Below, one piece after another: positions 1 through 6,767 of a DNA stretch of 25,029 nt. The stretch comes from an uncultured Candidatus Saccharibacteria bacterium. Its GTDB lineage: Bacteria > Patescibacteriota > Minisyncoccia > Phycocordibacterales > UBA9973. How positions within the stretch are numbered: the stretch's first letter is position 1; every line of letters begins with the position of its first letter. The position numbers were made by a program, and so were the translations under genes. The stretch lies in assembly GCA_964531535.1 (NCBI GenBank), contig CAZHDU010000003.1, positions 2,177 to 27,205 of the forward strand, given 5' to 3'. Below the pieces are notes generated by a model. The model saw only the letters and a list, made by a program, of their open reading frames with translations. It did no database searches and was not told the DNA's origin.

Positions 1-2175
1 CACGTTTGGAATATCTCGAGTAGTGATCTCTGGACCAAGCTTGGTGTCGCGAACCACTGCAGTGAATTCTTCGACATACACAGAAGTAAATTTACTTTTC
101 TTGACCAATCTTTCAGAGATAATGATCGCGTCTTCGTAAGTATTACCAGACCAAGAGAGGAATGCTACGAAAATATTTTGTCCGATAGCGATTTGTCCGT
201 CGACTGTACTTGTAGTGTCAGCCAATACATCACCTTTTGAAACTTTTTGTCCGACATCTACTGAAGGGCGTTGGTGAAAGACAGCAAAGTTGTTATTACG
301 CATAAAGTTGACCAACGGATAAGTAATTTCTTTCTTACCCTTGACCATGACTTTTTTAGCATCGACATAAGAGACGACTCCGTCTTCTTGAGAGACCAAC
401 AATCGTCCGGAATCTCGAGAAGCTAGAGCTTCTACACCAGTACCCACCAATGGAGCTTCTGGCAATACGCAAGGCACAGCTTGCTTCTGCATGTTTGATC
501 CCATCAGCGCACGGTTGGCATTGTTGTGTTCCAAGAAAGGAATCATCGAAGTCGCTACTGAGAAAGCTTGGTTGGCAGCTACGTCGATGAAATCAATCTC
601 ATCACGAGACACTGTACCTGGCTCAGTCTTGATACGAGCTTCGACTATTTCTTGTGTTATTTTTCCATTCTCATCATAAGGAATTCCAGAGTGAGCGATG
701 TTGTATTTTTCTTCTTCGAGACCGTTTAGGTAGACGATTTCACCAGTGATTTTTCCATTCTTCACTTTGACATATGGAGTCTCGATGATTCCAAATTCGT
801 TGATTCGGGCATATGTAGACAAGTGCAAAACGAGACCAATGTTTGGACCTTCAGGTGTGTGAATAGGACAGATTCGGCCATAGTGCGAAGGGTGCACGTC
901 GCGGACTTCTAGTCCAGCTCTTTCTCGAGTTAGACCGCCGGGACCGAGAGCTGACAATTGGCGCAAGTGTTCCATCTCATACAAGACGTTTTCTTGACCC
1001 ATGAATTGAGACAATTGGTTGGTAGTAAAGAATTCTTTAATACGAGCTTGGAGTGGACGTTGGTTGATGATTTGGATTGGCATTGCAGTCTGCACATCAA
1101 TGATAGACATACGGTCTTGGATGTTTCTCTTGATTTGCATCATACCTGTGCGAACTTTTTGTTGCAGAATTTCTCCGACAAAACGAACTCGTCTTTGACC
1201 CAAGTGATCGATATCGTCAGCTTGAGCAGTCGGAGTGTGGTTTAAAGCGATGATGTGCATGACTACAGTCGCCACATCTTCTTTAGAGATAGTTCGGCGA
1301 GCCATAGAAACTTCATCCATACCCTTTTCAAATCTTTGATTGAATCTAAATCGTCCGACTGGAGACAAGTCATATCTCTCAGCTGTAAACAAAGAATCGA
1401 TAAATTCTTTCGCGTTTTCAGCAGTGGCCATGTCGCCATCGCGCAAACGCTTGTAGACATCGACATAAGCATCGTTTACATTTTTCGCTGTATCTTTAGC
1501 TAGACAAGCCTTGATATTGGCTTCAAAATTTTCTCGGAATGGTGATTTGACATCGAAAGCTTTCAAGATGGCGTCATCAGTGTGATAACCCATGACTCGC
1601 AAAAGCGCAGTGACTGGGAATTTTCTCTTTTTATCTATTCTGACATAGATAGCCCCGTCAGATTCTGATTCAATTTCTATCCATACTCCACGAGCTGGAA
1701 TCATCTTTGCGCCGAAGTATCGGATACCTTTGGTCTCGGATTCAGTAAAGAAAACGCCAAAAGATCGCGCCAATTGGGGCACGATGACACGCTCTACTCC
1801 ATTGATGATGAAAAGTCCGTGTGGAGTCATCAGTGGCAGCTCCGACATGAAAATTTCTTGTTCTTTGACAGTACCCAGTATTTTGTTGGTCAACTTTACT
1901 CGAACTTTGAGTAGACCTTGATATGAAAGTTTGTTTATCTTAGATTCGTTTTCATCTGTCTTGGATTCTCCGAGAGAGAACGACAAGAATTCTAGTTGAA
2001 ACTTTTTTCCAGAATAATCGGAAATAGGTGAAAATTCTTTAAAAACTTCTCCGATTCCTTTTTCAATCAACCACGAAAAAGACTTTAATTGAGCTTCAAT
2101 TAAATTTGGAAAAGGTGCTAACGGCTTCTTGTATTTCGAAAAATACTTCTTCGGACGCGTTGTATCTTTTTGCAT
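1..2175 (-). CDS. rpoB: DNA-directed RNA polymerase subunit beta (5' part; runs off the window)
   Basis: Not in the ORF track because there is no stop in the window. Manual translation from ATG at 2175 gives MQKDTTRPKKYFSKYKKPLAPFPNLIEAQLKSF...FIINGVERVIVPQLARS...DDIDHLG.RRVR...LSALGPGGL...VRDVHPSHYGRICPIHTPEGPNIGL...VRDTKLGPEITTRDIPNV, all hallmark RpoB motifs. Confidence 0.98.
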   Translation of the reverse strand, partial: MQKDTTRPKKYFSKYKKPLAPFPNLIEAQLKSFSWLIEKGIGEVFKEFSPISDYSGKKFQLEFLSFSLGESKTDENESKINKLSYQGLLKVRVKLTNKILGTVKEQEIFMSELPLMTPHGLFIINGVERVIVPQLARSFGVFFTESETKGIRYFGAKMIPARGVWIEIESESDGAIYVRIDKKRKFPVTALLRVMGYHTDDAILKAFDVKSPFRENFEANIKACLAKDTAKNVNDAYVDVYKRLRDGDMATAENAKEFIDSLFTAERYDLSPVGRFRFNQRFEKGMDEVSMARRTISKEDVATVVMHIIALNHTPTAQADDIDHLGQRRVRFVGEILQQKVRTGMMQIKRNIQDRMSIIDVQTAMPIQIINQRPLQARIKEFFTTNQLSQFMGQENVLYEMEHLRQLSALGPGGLTRERAGLEVRDVHPSHYGRICPIHTPEGPNIGLVLHLSTYARINEFGIIETPYVKVKNGKITGEIVYLNGLEEEKYNIAHSGIPYDENGKITQEIVEARIKTEPGTVSRDEIDFIDVAANQAFSVATSMIPFLEHNNANRALMGSNMQKQAVPCVLPEAPLVGTGVEALASRDSGRLLVSQEDGVVSYVDAKKVMVKGKKEITYPLVNFMRNNNFAVFHQRPSVDVGQKVSKGDVLADTTSTVDGQIAIGQNIFVAFLSWSGNTYEDAIIISERLVKKSKFTSVYVEEFTAVVRDTKLGPEITTRDIPNV

Positions 2176-2352
2176 ATTTGCTTACCCGAAAACAAACAAA
2201 AAGAAATCAAAGAAAAATAAAAGAGAAAGCACTTTTCTTTAAGTTCTTAAAATTTATTTAGAGATATGATTAAGTTAATAAACCCTTGTAATGTAAAACC
2301 CAAACCAAAACATACAGGATTCCATCCAGTACTCAATCATTGAATCTCAGTT

Positions 2353-2381
2353 AGACTACTCTATTTCACGCTATTTGTCAA
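2353..2381 (-). promoter_or_regulatory. Sigma70-type promoter for rpoB
   Basis: Minus strand TTGACA (2381-2376), 17-bp spacer, TAGTCT (2358-2353); implies a 5' leader of about 170 nt. Confidence 0.7.
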
Positions 2382-2402
2382 TGCCATAATAAAAAGCGAC
2401 AT

Positions 2403-2411
2403 TGTGGATAA
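2403..2411 (-). promoter_or_regulatory. Perfect DnaA box
   Basis: TTATCCACA on the minus strand, 21 bp upstream of the rpoB -35 element. Single copy. Confidence 0.5.
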
Positions 2412-2419
2412 CCTAGCAC

Positions 2420-3262
2420 CTAGGGAGCGACAATTTTAAATTCTGGACTAGAATATTTTTTCTGTTGATCGCTCTTACTAGAGATAACTATGCGAAAACC
2501 GTCACCTGGTAAAATTTTTCGTTCACCAAAAAGTTCAAGACGAGGAACCTTCCATGAAATATATTTTTCTGAAATAACTGCTCCCGTTTCTGGCGTTAGA
2601 CTAATACTGCCATTTTTATGGCCTAGAAATGCATAATCAGTTGCGCTAGAGATACTAAAACCTTCCCAAGTTATTTTATAAGTTTGACCCTCTATCAAGG
2701 TTGCACCAGAAGTGGGAAATGTAATTTTTCCATCCTTGGTCGCAGATGAAACAATTTTAAACACTGGACTATATTGTGTTGAAGCACCACTAGTAAAAGA
2801 AATACGATAACCATCTACTGGCGCCACAGTATGGTAACTATCACCACCATTCATATAACCAAGTATTGACGGTACAGTCCAAGAATATGATTTTTGTGAA
2901 GTTTCTCCAATTCTAATAGAACCAGCTTGATCATTTTCAAGATATAAACTGTAGCTGGTATTACTATTGGAATTTATCCAAGTTATATTGTAAGTTTGAC
3001 CTTCTATTAATGTCGCCCCTACCGTTGGAAATGTTACAGCTAATTTTTCTATTGTAGAACTTGGGTTTTTGTCTGCAGCTTTTTGAGGAGTAGCGTCACT
3101 ACTATCATCAACTAGTTCATCTTCTAGATTTTCTGCCTTATCATTAAAATTTTCTAGAGGTTTCTTGCTATTATAGATTGCATACCCACCACCTACTGCA
3201 CCTAAACCTAAAACCATTAGTAAAACTAACATTAAGGGAGCAAAACCTTTTTGATATTTCAT
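2420..3262 (-). CDS. Pilin-like N-terminally anchored surface protein with two tandem Ig-like/Ser-Thr-rich domains
   Basis: Likely start MKYQKG|FAPLMLVLL (ATG at 3262, preceded by TGTTG-TATAAT 7 nt upstream). Prepilin-like G|F plus a hydrophobic helix, then two repeats of xTFPTxGATLIEGQTYxITW...YSPxFKIV. Confidence 0.8.
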   Translation of the reverse strand: MKYQKGFAPLMLVLLMVLGLGAVGGGYAIYNSKKPLENFNDKAENLEDELVDDSSDATPQKAADKNPSSTIEKLAVTFPTVGATLIEGQTYNITWINSNSNTSYSLYLENDQAGSIRIGETSQKSYSWTVPSILGYMNGGDSYHTVAPVDGYRISFTSGASTQYSPVFKIVSSATKDGKITFPTSGATLIEGQTYKITWEGFSISSATDYAFLGHKNGSISLTPETGAVISEKYISWKVPRLELFGERKILPGDGFRIVISSKSDQQKKYSSPEFKIVAP

Positions 3263-3270
3263 ATTAAAGA

Positions 3271-3312
3271 TTATACAACATCCCCCCTCTTTTTCCACTC
3301 ATCAATTAGTTT
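3271..3312 (-). other. Orphan duplicate of the trmD 3' end (encodes KLIDEWKKRGDVV-stop)
   Basis: Minus strand aaa cta att gat gag tgg aaa aag agg ggg gat gtt gta taa, versus the current trmD end aaa ttg atc gat gag tgg aaa aat. Both encode KLIDEWK. Confidence 0.75.
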
Positions 3313-3996
3313 ACGTGTTCAGCGAGGCCTTGCCTAGCTGAAAATCATCTTTATAACTCAACCAATCTATAATTTCTCTAAGAAATGATTTTTTGCTTGG
3401 AAAGTACTTTGGGAAAACATCTATATTAAGAATCTTACCCTGCGTCCTGCCTTCTTCCAGAAAATCTAGATAGCTCGAATATCTATAGGTATTTAGATAT
3501 GTAAAAGCTTCTCCTTGATTCTTTATACCTACTTCTTTCCAATCACCCTGAATGAGTTTTACTGGATTTAAGTGAATATAAGAAAAAATATATTTTAAAT
3601 AACGATCTGTATCTAAATGCTGAGCTTTAAACTTACCCTCAAATAGACTACCTGTTCTTTGATACTTTTTATTAAAATACATTGAATATGCAGTGCTCAG
3701 TTTTTGCATAAAATTACTTATGTTTTCATCTCCAACTTGAGTGGTTAAAATATGAAAATGATTAGGCATTAGACAATATGCTCCGATACTCACTAAACAA
3801 TCATCACGATTTAAATCAAATAATGTTTGACCCTTTTTTAAATTACCAATCTTGAGATTGCCCTTCTGATTGCACGCATAAGACCAATGAAATGCATATA
3901 GTCCTCTGGGTCTAGAAAAATTCTTTGCTTACTATTTCCACGATTATATATGTGATAATATTCCCCAGAGACTAGTTTTACACTACGTGTCGACAT
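3311..3996 (-). pseudogene. REP-associated tyrosine transposase (RAYT/TnpA-REP, IS200/IS605 Y1 HUH family), frameshifted
   Basis: ATG at 3996 gives MSTRSVKLVSGEYYHIYNRGNSKQRIFLDPEDYMHFIGLM (YHIYNRG motif). The sequence then shifts frame near 3877-3880 into YACNQK...IGAYCLMPNHFHIL (HUH)...YFNKKYQRTGSLFEGKFK...YIHLNP (catalytic Tyr). Confidence 0.85.
3318..3342. repeat. REP-like palindrome copy 1
   Basis: ttcagcgaggc-ctt-gcctagctgaa: 11-bp stem with one mismatch and a 3-nt loop. Encodes the RAYT C-terminus QLGKASLN. Confidence 0.9.
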
Positions 3997-4018
3997 AACA
4001 TTATCATATCAAGCACTG

Positions 4019-4043
4019 TTCAGCTAGGCAAGGCCTAGCTGAA
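4019..4043. repeat. REP-like palindrome copy 2 (opposite orientation)
   Basis: ttcagctaggc-aag-gcctagctgaa: perfect 11-bp stem, just upstream of the RAYT start. Confidence 0.9.
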
Positions 4044-4047
4044 AACC

Positions 4048-4076
4048 TTGACTATGACCACAATAAGTCCTAATCT
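4048..4076 (+). promoter_or_regulatory. Sigma70-type promoter for cargo ORF 4122
   Basis: TTGACT (4048-4053), 17 bp, TAATCT (4071-4076). Confidence 0.55.
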
Positions 4077-4121
4077 GAATTTTAGTTTTGCTCCCAACAC
4101 AAGAAACAAAGGAAAGGAATA

Positions 4122-4544
4122 ATGATACCCTACGCACAGAGCATATTGCCAGCTGACGATGTGCAGTTGCTTATGCGCATAAGGCAAGCACTGGAAGCAT
4201 TGCCAGACATCGATCTGGGTGTCGACGAAGAAGGTGAAGAGATCACCCTCTCTTGCCACATACTGTCACGGGCTGTGGCGAAGGTCTTCGGTCTGAAGTG
4301 TCGAAGTGGCTTCTACTATCCAGGGTTCTCTCACTCCTGGCTGGTAACAGCTTCAAACAACGTCATCGATGTACTCCCGCCAGGCATAGTGGGTGGACCA
4401 ATATTGGCGGATGGAAGCCCTTACTCTCCGTCTATCAAACAGTACATCAGGCGAGACGTCAGAAAGATTTCCGACGGTAACTTTAGCCAACCGAGTTTCC
4501 GTCGTTCAGTGAGAAGAATCATCCGTGAACTTAAAAATAAATAG
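4122..4544 (+). CDS. Hypothetical protein, possible transglutaminase/papain-like Cys-His-Asp enzyme
   Basis: 140-aa ORF with its own promoter, an AGGAAAGGA Shine-Dalgarno-like site and a terminator. Motifs SC45HIL, G...H71SWL, VID83V. Confidence 0.7.
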   Translation: MIPYAQSILPADDVQLLMRIRQALEALPDIDLGVDEEGEEITLSCHILSRAVAKVFGLKCRSGFYYPGFSHSWLVTASNNVIDVLPPGIVGGPILADGSPYSPSIKQYIRRDVRKISDGNFSQPSFRRSVRRIIRELKNK

Positions 4545-4558
4545 GAAAGGACCTCATC

Positions 4559-4600
4559 GCACCCAGAAAGTATCCCAACTTCTCTGGGTGCTTTCTATTT
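4559..4600 (+). terminator. Intrinsic terminator after ORF 4122-4544
   Basis: gcacccaga (4559-4567) pairs with tctgggtgc (4583-4591), followed by tttctattt. Confidence 0.65.
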
Positions 4601-4633
4601 AAAGCTCAGCTAGGCCTTGCCTAGCTGAGCTTT
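4601..4633. repeat. REP-like palindrome copy 3, containing the trmD stop codon
   Basis: aaagctcagctaggc-ctt-gcctagctgagcttt: perfect 15-bp stem. The trmD TAG is at 4623-4621. Confidence 0.9.
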
Positions 4634-5280
4634 GTCTTATTTTTCCACTCATCGATCAATTTATGGTTGCCAGATAAGAGTATTTTAGGGACTTTGTAGT
4701 TTTTACCCTGAGCTTTGCCGAAGGGATATTTCAAGACTTCCGGGCGAGTGTAGACTTCACTACTAGATACCCGCTCTTCTTCTAAAGACTCGTACGTACC
4801 CAAAACCCCAGGAACCTGGCGAGAAATAGAATCGATCAAAACCATAGCCGGAATTTCACCTCCAGTCAGCACATAATCCCCGATTGATATTTCTTCGGCT
4901 TTAAGAATCTTTTGCACTCGGGCATCTATCCCCTCGTATCTTCCAGAAATTAAAATTATGTCTGTATATTTTTTTGCAGATTTTTTAGCGTATTCAGTGT
5001 CGAATTTTTTACCACTTGGAGAAAATAGAATAGTCTTTGTCGTCTTTTTATTTTTAATTTTTATTTTAGAAAAAGCTTTCAGAAAAAATTCTGGTCGCAA
5101 CACCATCCCTGGCCCTCCGCCATAAGGCCGACCGTCGACCCGCTCTTTGGGCTTACAAAAACTCATTGGATTATAAAATCTTACAGAGATTTTTTTGTCC
5201 TTAATCGCCCGGCCCAAAATAGACTCTTGTAAATAAGAATCAAACATCTCTGGAAAAATTGTAATTATGTGGAAATTCAT
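4621..5280 (-). CDS. trmD: tRNA (guanine37-N1)-methyltransferase
   Basis: MNFHIITIFPEMF, VDGRPYGGGPGMVL, SGRYEGIDARV, SIGDYVLTGGEIPAM, VPKILLSGNH. Confidence 0.97.
   Translation of the reverse strand: MNFHIITIFPEMFDSYLQESILGRAIKDKKISVRFYNPMSFCKPKERVDGRPYGGGPGMVLRPEFFLKAFSKIKIKNKKTTKTILFSPSGKKFDTEYAKKSAKKYTDIILISGRYEGIDARVQKILKAEEISIGDYVLTGGEIPAMVLIDSISRQVPGVLGTYESLEEERVSSSEVYTRPEVLKYPFGKAQGKNYKVPKILLSGNHKLIDEWKNKTKLS
4706..4725 (-). repeat. Short palindromic element in-frame within trmD (PFGKAQG)
   Basis: cccttcggcaaagctcaggg, with CCCT/AGGG ends and a central ggc-aaa-gct hairpin. It interrupts ...LKY-[PFGKAQ]-GKNYKVP. Confidence 0.55.
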
Positions 5281-5341
5281 ATAAATAGCTTATAGCTATT
5301 AGGTTATAGCTTGTGGCTTAAAAAAGCAACCAGAAATTAGA

Positions 5342-5376
5342 AATCGCCGCCGGGACGACAATCCCTAACGGCGATT
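5342..5376 (-). terminator. Probable terminator after ORF 5402-5704
   Basis: aatcgccg/cggcgatt outer stem plus ggga/tccc inner stem, followed by tctaatttct on the minus strand. Confidence 0.55.
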
Positions 5377-5401
5377 AGATGCAAACTCGCCTTTTGGCCT
5401 C

Positions 5402-5704
5402 TTACGAAGTCGAGCAGGTTGTGGGGATTTCGACCAGGGTGCCGATGTTGAGATCGGTCAGCTTGGTCAGACGACCCGGAACCACGTCGGCGCCCTTGAA
5501 CGGGCCGACGAACACCCGGGTTTCCCCAGAAAGTTCGACCTGGATCGCTCCAGGGCCAGGATCCGCGGGTGGCAGGTATTTCACATGCCGCACGACGCCG
5601 CAGCTGGACATCGGCATCGGCAGAGTGTTGGTCGAACTGGACATAGCGAACAGTCCCAAAACGGCCAACACAGCGACACAGCCAAGAACAACACGCTCAT
5701 TCAT
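5402..5704 (-). CDS. Small GC-rich secreted/membrane-anchored hypothetical protein
   Basis: GGAGG about 8 nt upstream of ATG 5704. MNERVVLGCVAVLAVLGLFAMSSS is signal-peptide-like, there are two Cys in the mature part, and a downstream terminator. Preferred over the antisense ORF 5379-5765. Confidence 0.6.
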   Translation of the reverse strand: MNERVVLGCVAVLAVLGLFAMSSSTNTLPMPMSSCGVVRHVKYLPPADPGPGAIQVELSGETRVFVGPFKGADVVPGRLTKLTDLNIGTLVEIPTTCSTS

Positions 5705-5800
5705 TTTTTCGCCCTCCAGGGATAGCGGAGAAATGGACCCATCCATTCACGCCACCCCTTTCTAATCTAAATATAGATATACCACAAATCCACAAAAAAT

Positions 5801-5830
5801 CAAAAGACTCAGATTTCTCTGAGTCTTTTG
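5801..5830 (-). terminator. Intrinsic terminator after khpA
   Basis: caaaagactcaga-tttc-tctgagtcttttg: perfect 13-bp stem with a T-run on the minus strand. Confidence 0.85.
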
Positions 5831-5843
5831 CTACAACCTAACA

Positions 5844-6224
5844 TTATATTCCCTTAATCTCATCCATTGCCTCGTCGATAGTCTTTAAGACACTCGGTGC
5901 AGCGCCTGGAGATCTCTCACCAGCTGGTCGAGGAGGGACAGTCATACTGCTTCCCCCATCCATGTGTCTGGTGCCACCTTCTGGTTCGTTGATCTTTAGG
6001 TTTACGCGAGCATTGTTCTTCATACCGATAATGCGGAGCAATGTGCGGATAGCCTTGGCAGTGTTACCCATTCGTCCGATAATCTTACCCATATCAGCTG
6101 GGTTTACAGTCAACGTAATGAGCACGCCCATCTCGTCTACTGTTCTTTCGATGACTACATCGTTTGGATTGTCTACTAGAGCCTTGACCACGTATTCCAA
6201 AAATATCTTGTCTGCGTCTTCCAT
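5844..6224 (-). CDS. khpA: KH-domain RNA-binding protein (KhpA/YlqC)
   Basis: FLEYVVKALVDNPNDV...DMGKIIGRMGNTAKAIRTLL (GxxG KH loop); directly downstream of rpsP, as in the conserved rpsP-khpA locus. Confidence 0.9.
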   Translation of the reverse strand: MEDADKIFLEYVVKALVDNPNDVVIERTVDEMGVLITLTVNPADMGKIIGRMGNTAKAIRTLLRIIGMKNNARVNLKINEPEGGTRHMDGGSSMTVPPRPAGERSPGAAPSVLKTIDEAMDEIKGI

Positions 6225-6285
6225 ATTGTTACTTAAAATTATTATCTTATTAAATCGTGCAGTTGCGACGGTACTGCGTAAGTTA

Positions 6286-6314
6286 ATTATACCCTGTAGT
6301 ATTTTTTTTGCAAA
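6286..6314 (-). promoter_or_regulatory. Internal promoter for khpA
   Basis: Minus strand TTTGCA/TTGCAA (about 6314-6308), 16-17 bp, TATAAT (6291-6286). Confidence 0.5.
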
Positions 6315-6390
6315 ATTTTCTACAAGCTAAACCCCAAAATTCCACATCTTGAGGTTTAAAACTAATTAATATTTATTTTAGACAAAGAAA

Positions 6391-6708
6391 TTATTTCTTT
6401 GCTTTGAGTTCCTTACGTTTTAGAGTAGGTTTCTTTTTAGGAAGCACGTTTTTCTTCTTGCCAGCGACGACTTTGTCGTGAACCAAAAAATTGTGCATGG
6501 TGTCAGAGCATTGTGCGCCCTTACTCATCCAATATTTGATGCGTTCTGCATCGAGTTTCTTGTTGTCTTCTCCTTTCGCCTTTGGGTTATAAGTACCCAA
6601 AATCTCTAGAAAACGGCCACTCTTAGTGCTGTTCTTAGAGTCAGTTAAAACCACGCGAAAACTCGGGTCGTTCTTCCTGCCTATTCTTTGTAATCTTATT
6701 TTCAACAT
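6391..6708 (-). CDS. rpsP: 30S ribosomal protein S16
   Basis: MLKIRLQRIGRKNDPSFRVVLTDS...SGRFLEILGTYNP. Confidence 0.97.
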   Translation of the reverse strand: MLKIRLQRIGRKNDPSFRVVLTDSKNSTKSGRFLEILGTYNPKAKGEDNKKLDAERIKYWMSKGAQCSDTMHNFLVHDKVVAGKKKNVLPKKKPTLKRKELKAKK

Positions 6709-6767
6709 ACGAATGAGTGTAACATAAATTATTTAAAATGCAAGATAAGTGTGCTATAGTAAGGAAA
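6709..6767. promoter_or_regulatory. Divergent extended -10 promoters for rpsP and rnr
   Basis: Minus strand TG-t-TACACT 7 nt before the rpsP ATG; plus strand TG-c-TATAGT 7 nt before ATG 6768. Confidence 0.6.

Larger units (their letters stand above)
3290..4663. mobile_element. Putative 1.35-kb REP/RAYT-cargo insertion flanked by 24-bp imperfect direct repeats
   Basis: Direct repeats 3290-3313 (tttttccactcatcaattagttta) and 4640-4663 (tttttccactcatcgatcaattta), 21/24 identical. REP hairpins sit just inside both ends and between the two genes. Confidence 0.65.

Noticed and set aside
491-1921. Several plus-strand ORFs and one minus-strand ORF (491-679, 958-1245, 1255-1503, 1263-1472, 1730-1921)
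   Set aside because: Shadow frames of rpoB, which occupies 1-2175 on the minus strand.
3263-3298. N-terminal extension MEKEGGCCIIFN of the ORF-track call 2420-3298
   Set aside because: It begins at a GTG inside the orphan trmD tail and spans the TATAAT box; ATG 3262 gives a proper prepilin-like start.
4035-4480. ORFs 4035-4259 (-) and 4253-4480 (+)
   Set aside because: They overlap the better-supported ORF 4122-4544, which has a promoter, SD and terminator.
3318-4633. Possible CRISPR array from the repeated palindromes
   Set aside because: Only three copies, about 600-700 bp apart, in mixed orientation, with genes between them and no cas genes.
5379-5765. 128-aa plus-strand ORF
   Set aside because: Antisense to ORF 5402-5704, which has the SD, signal peptide and correctly oriented terminator. 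Not fully excluded.
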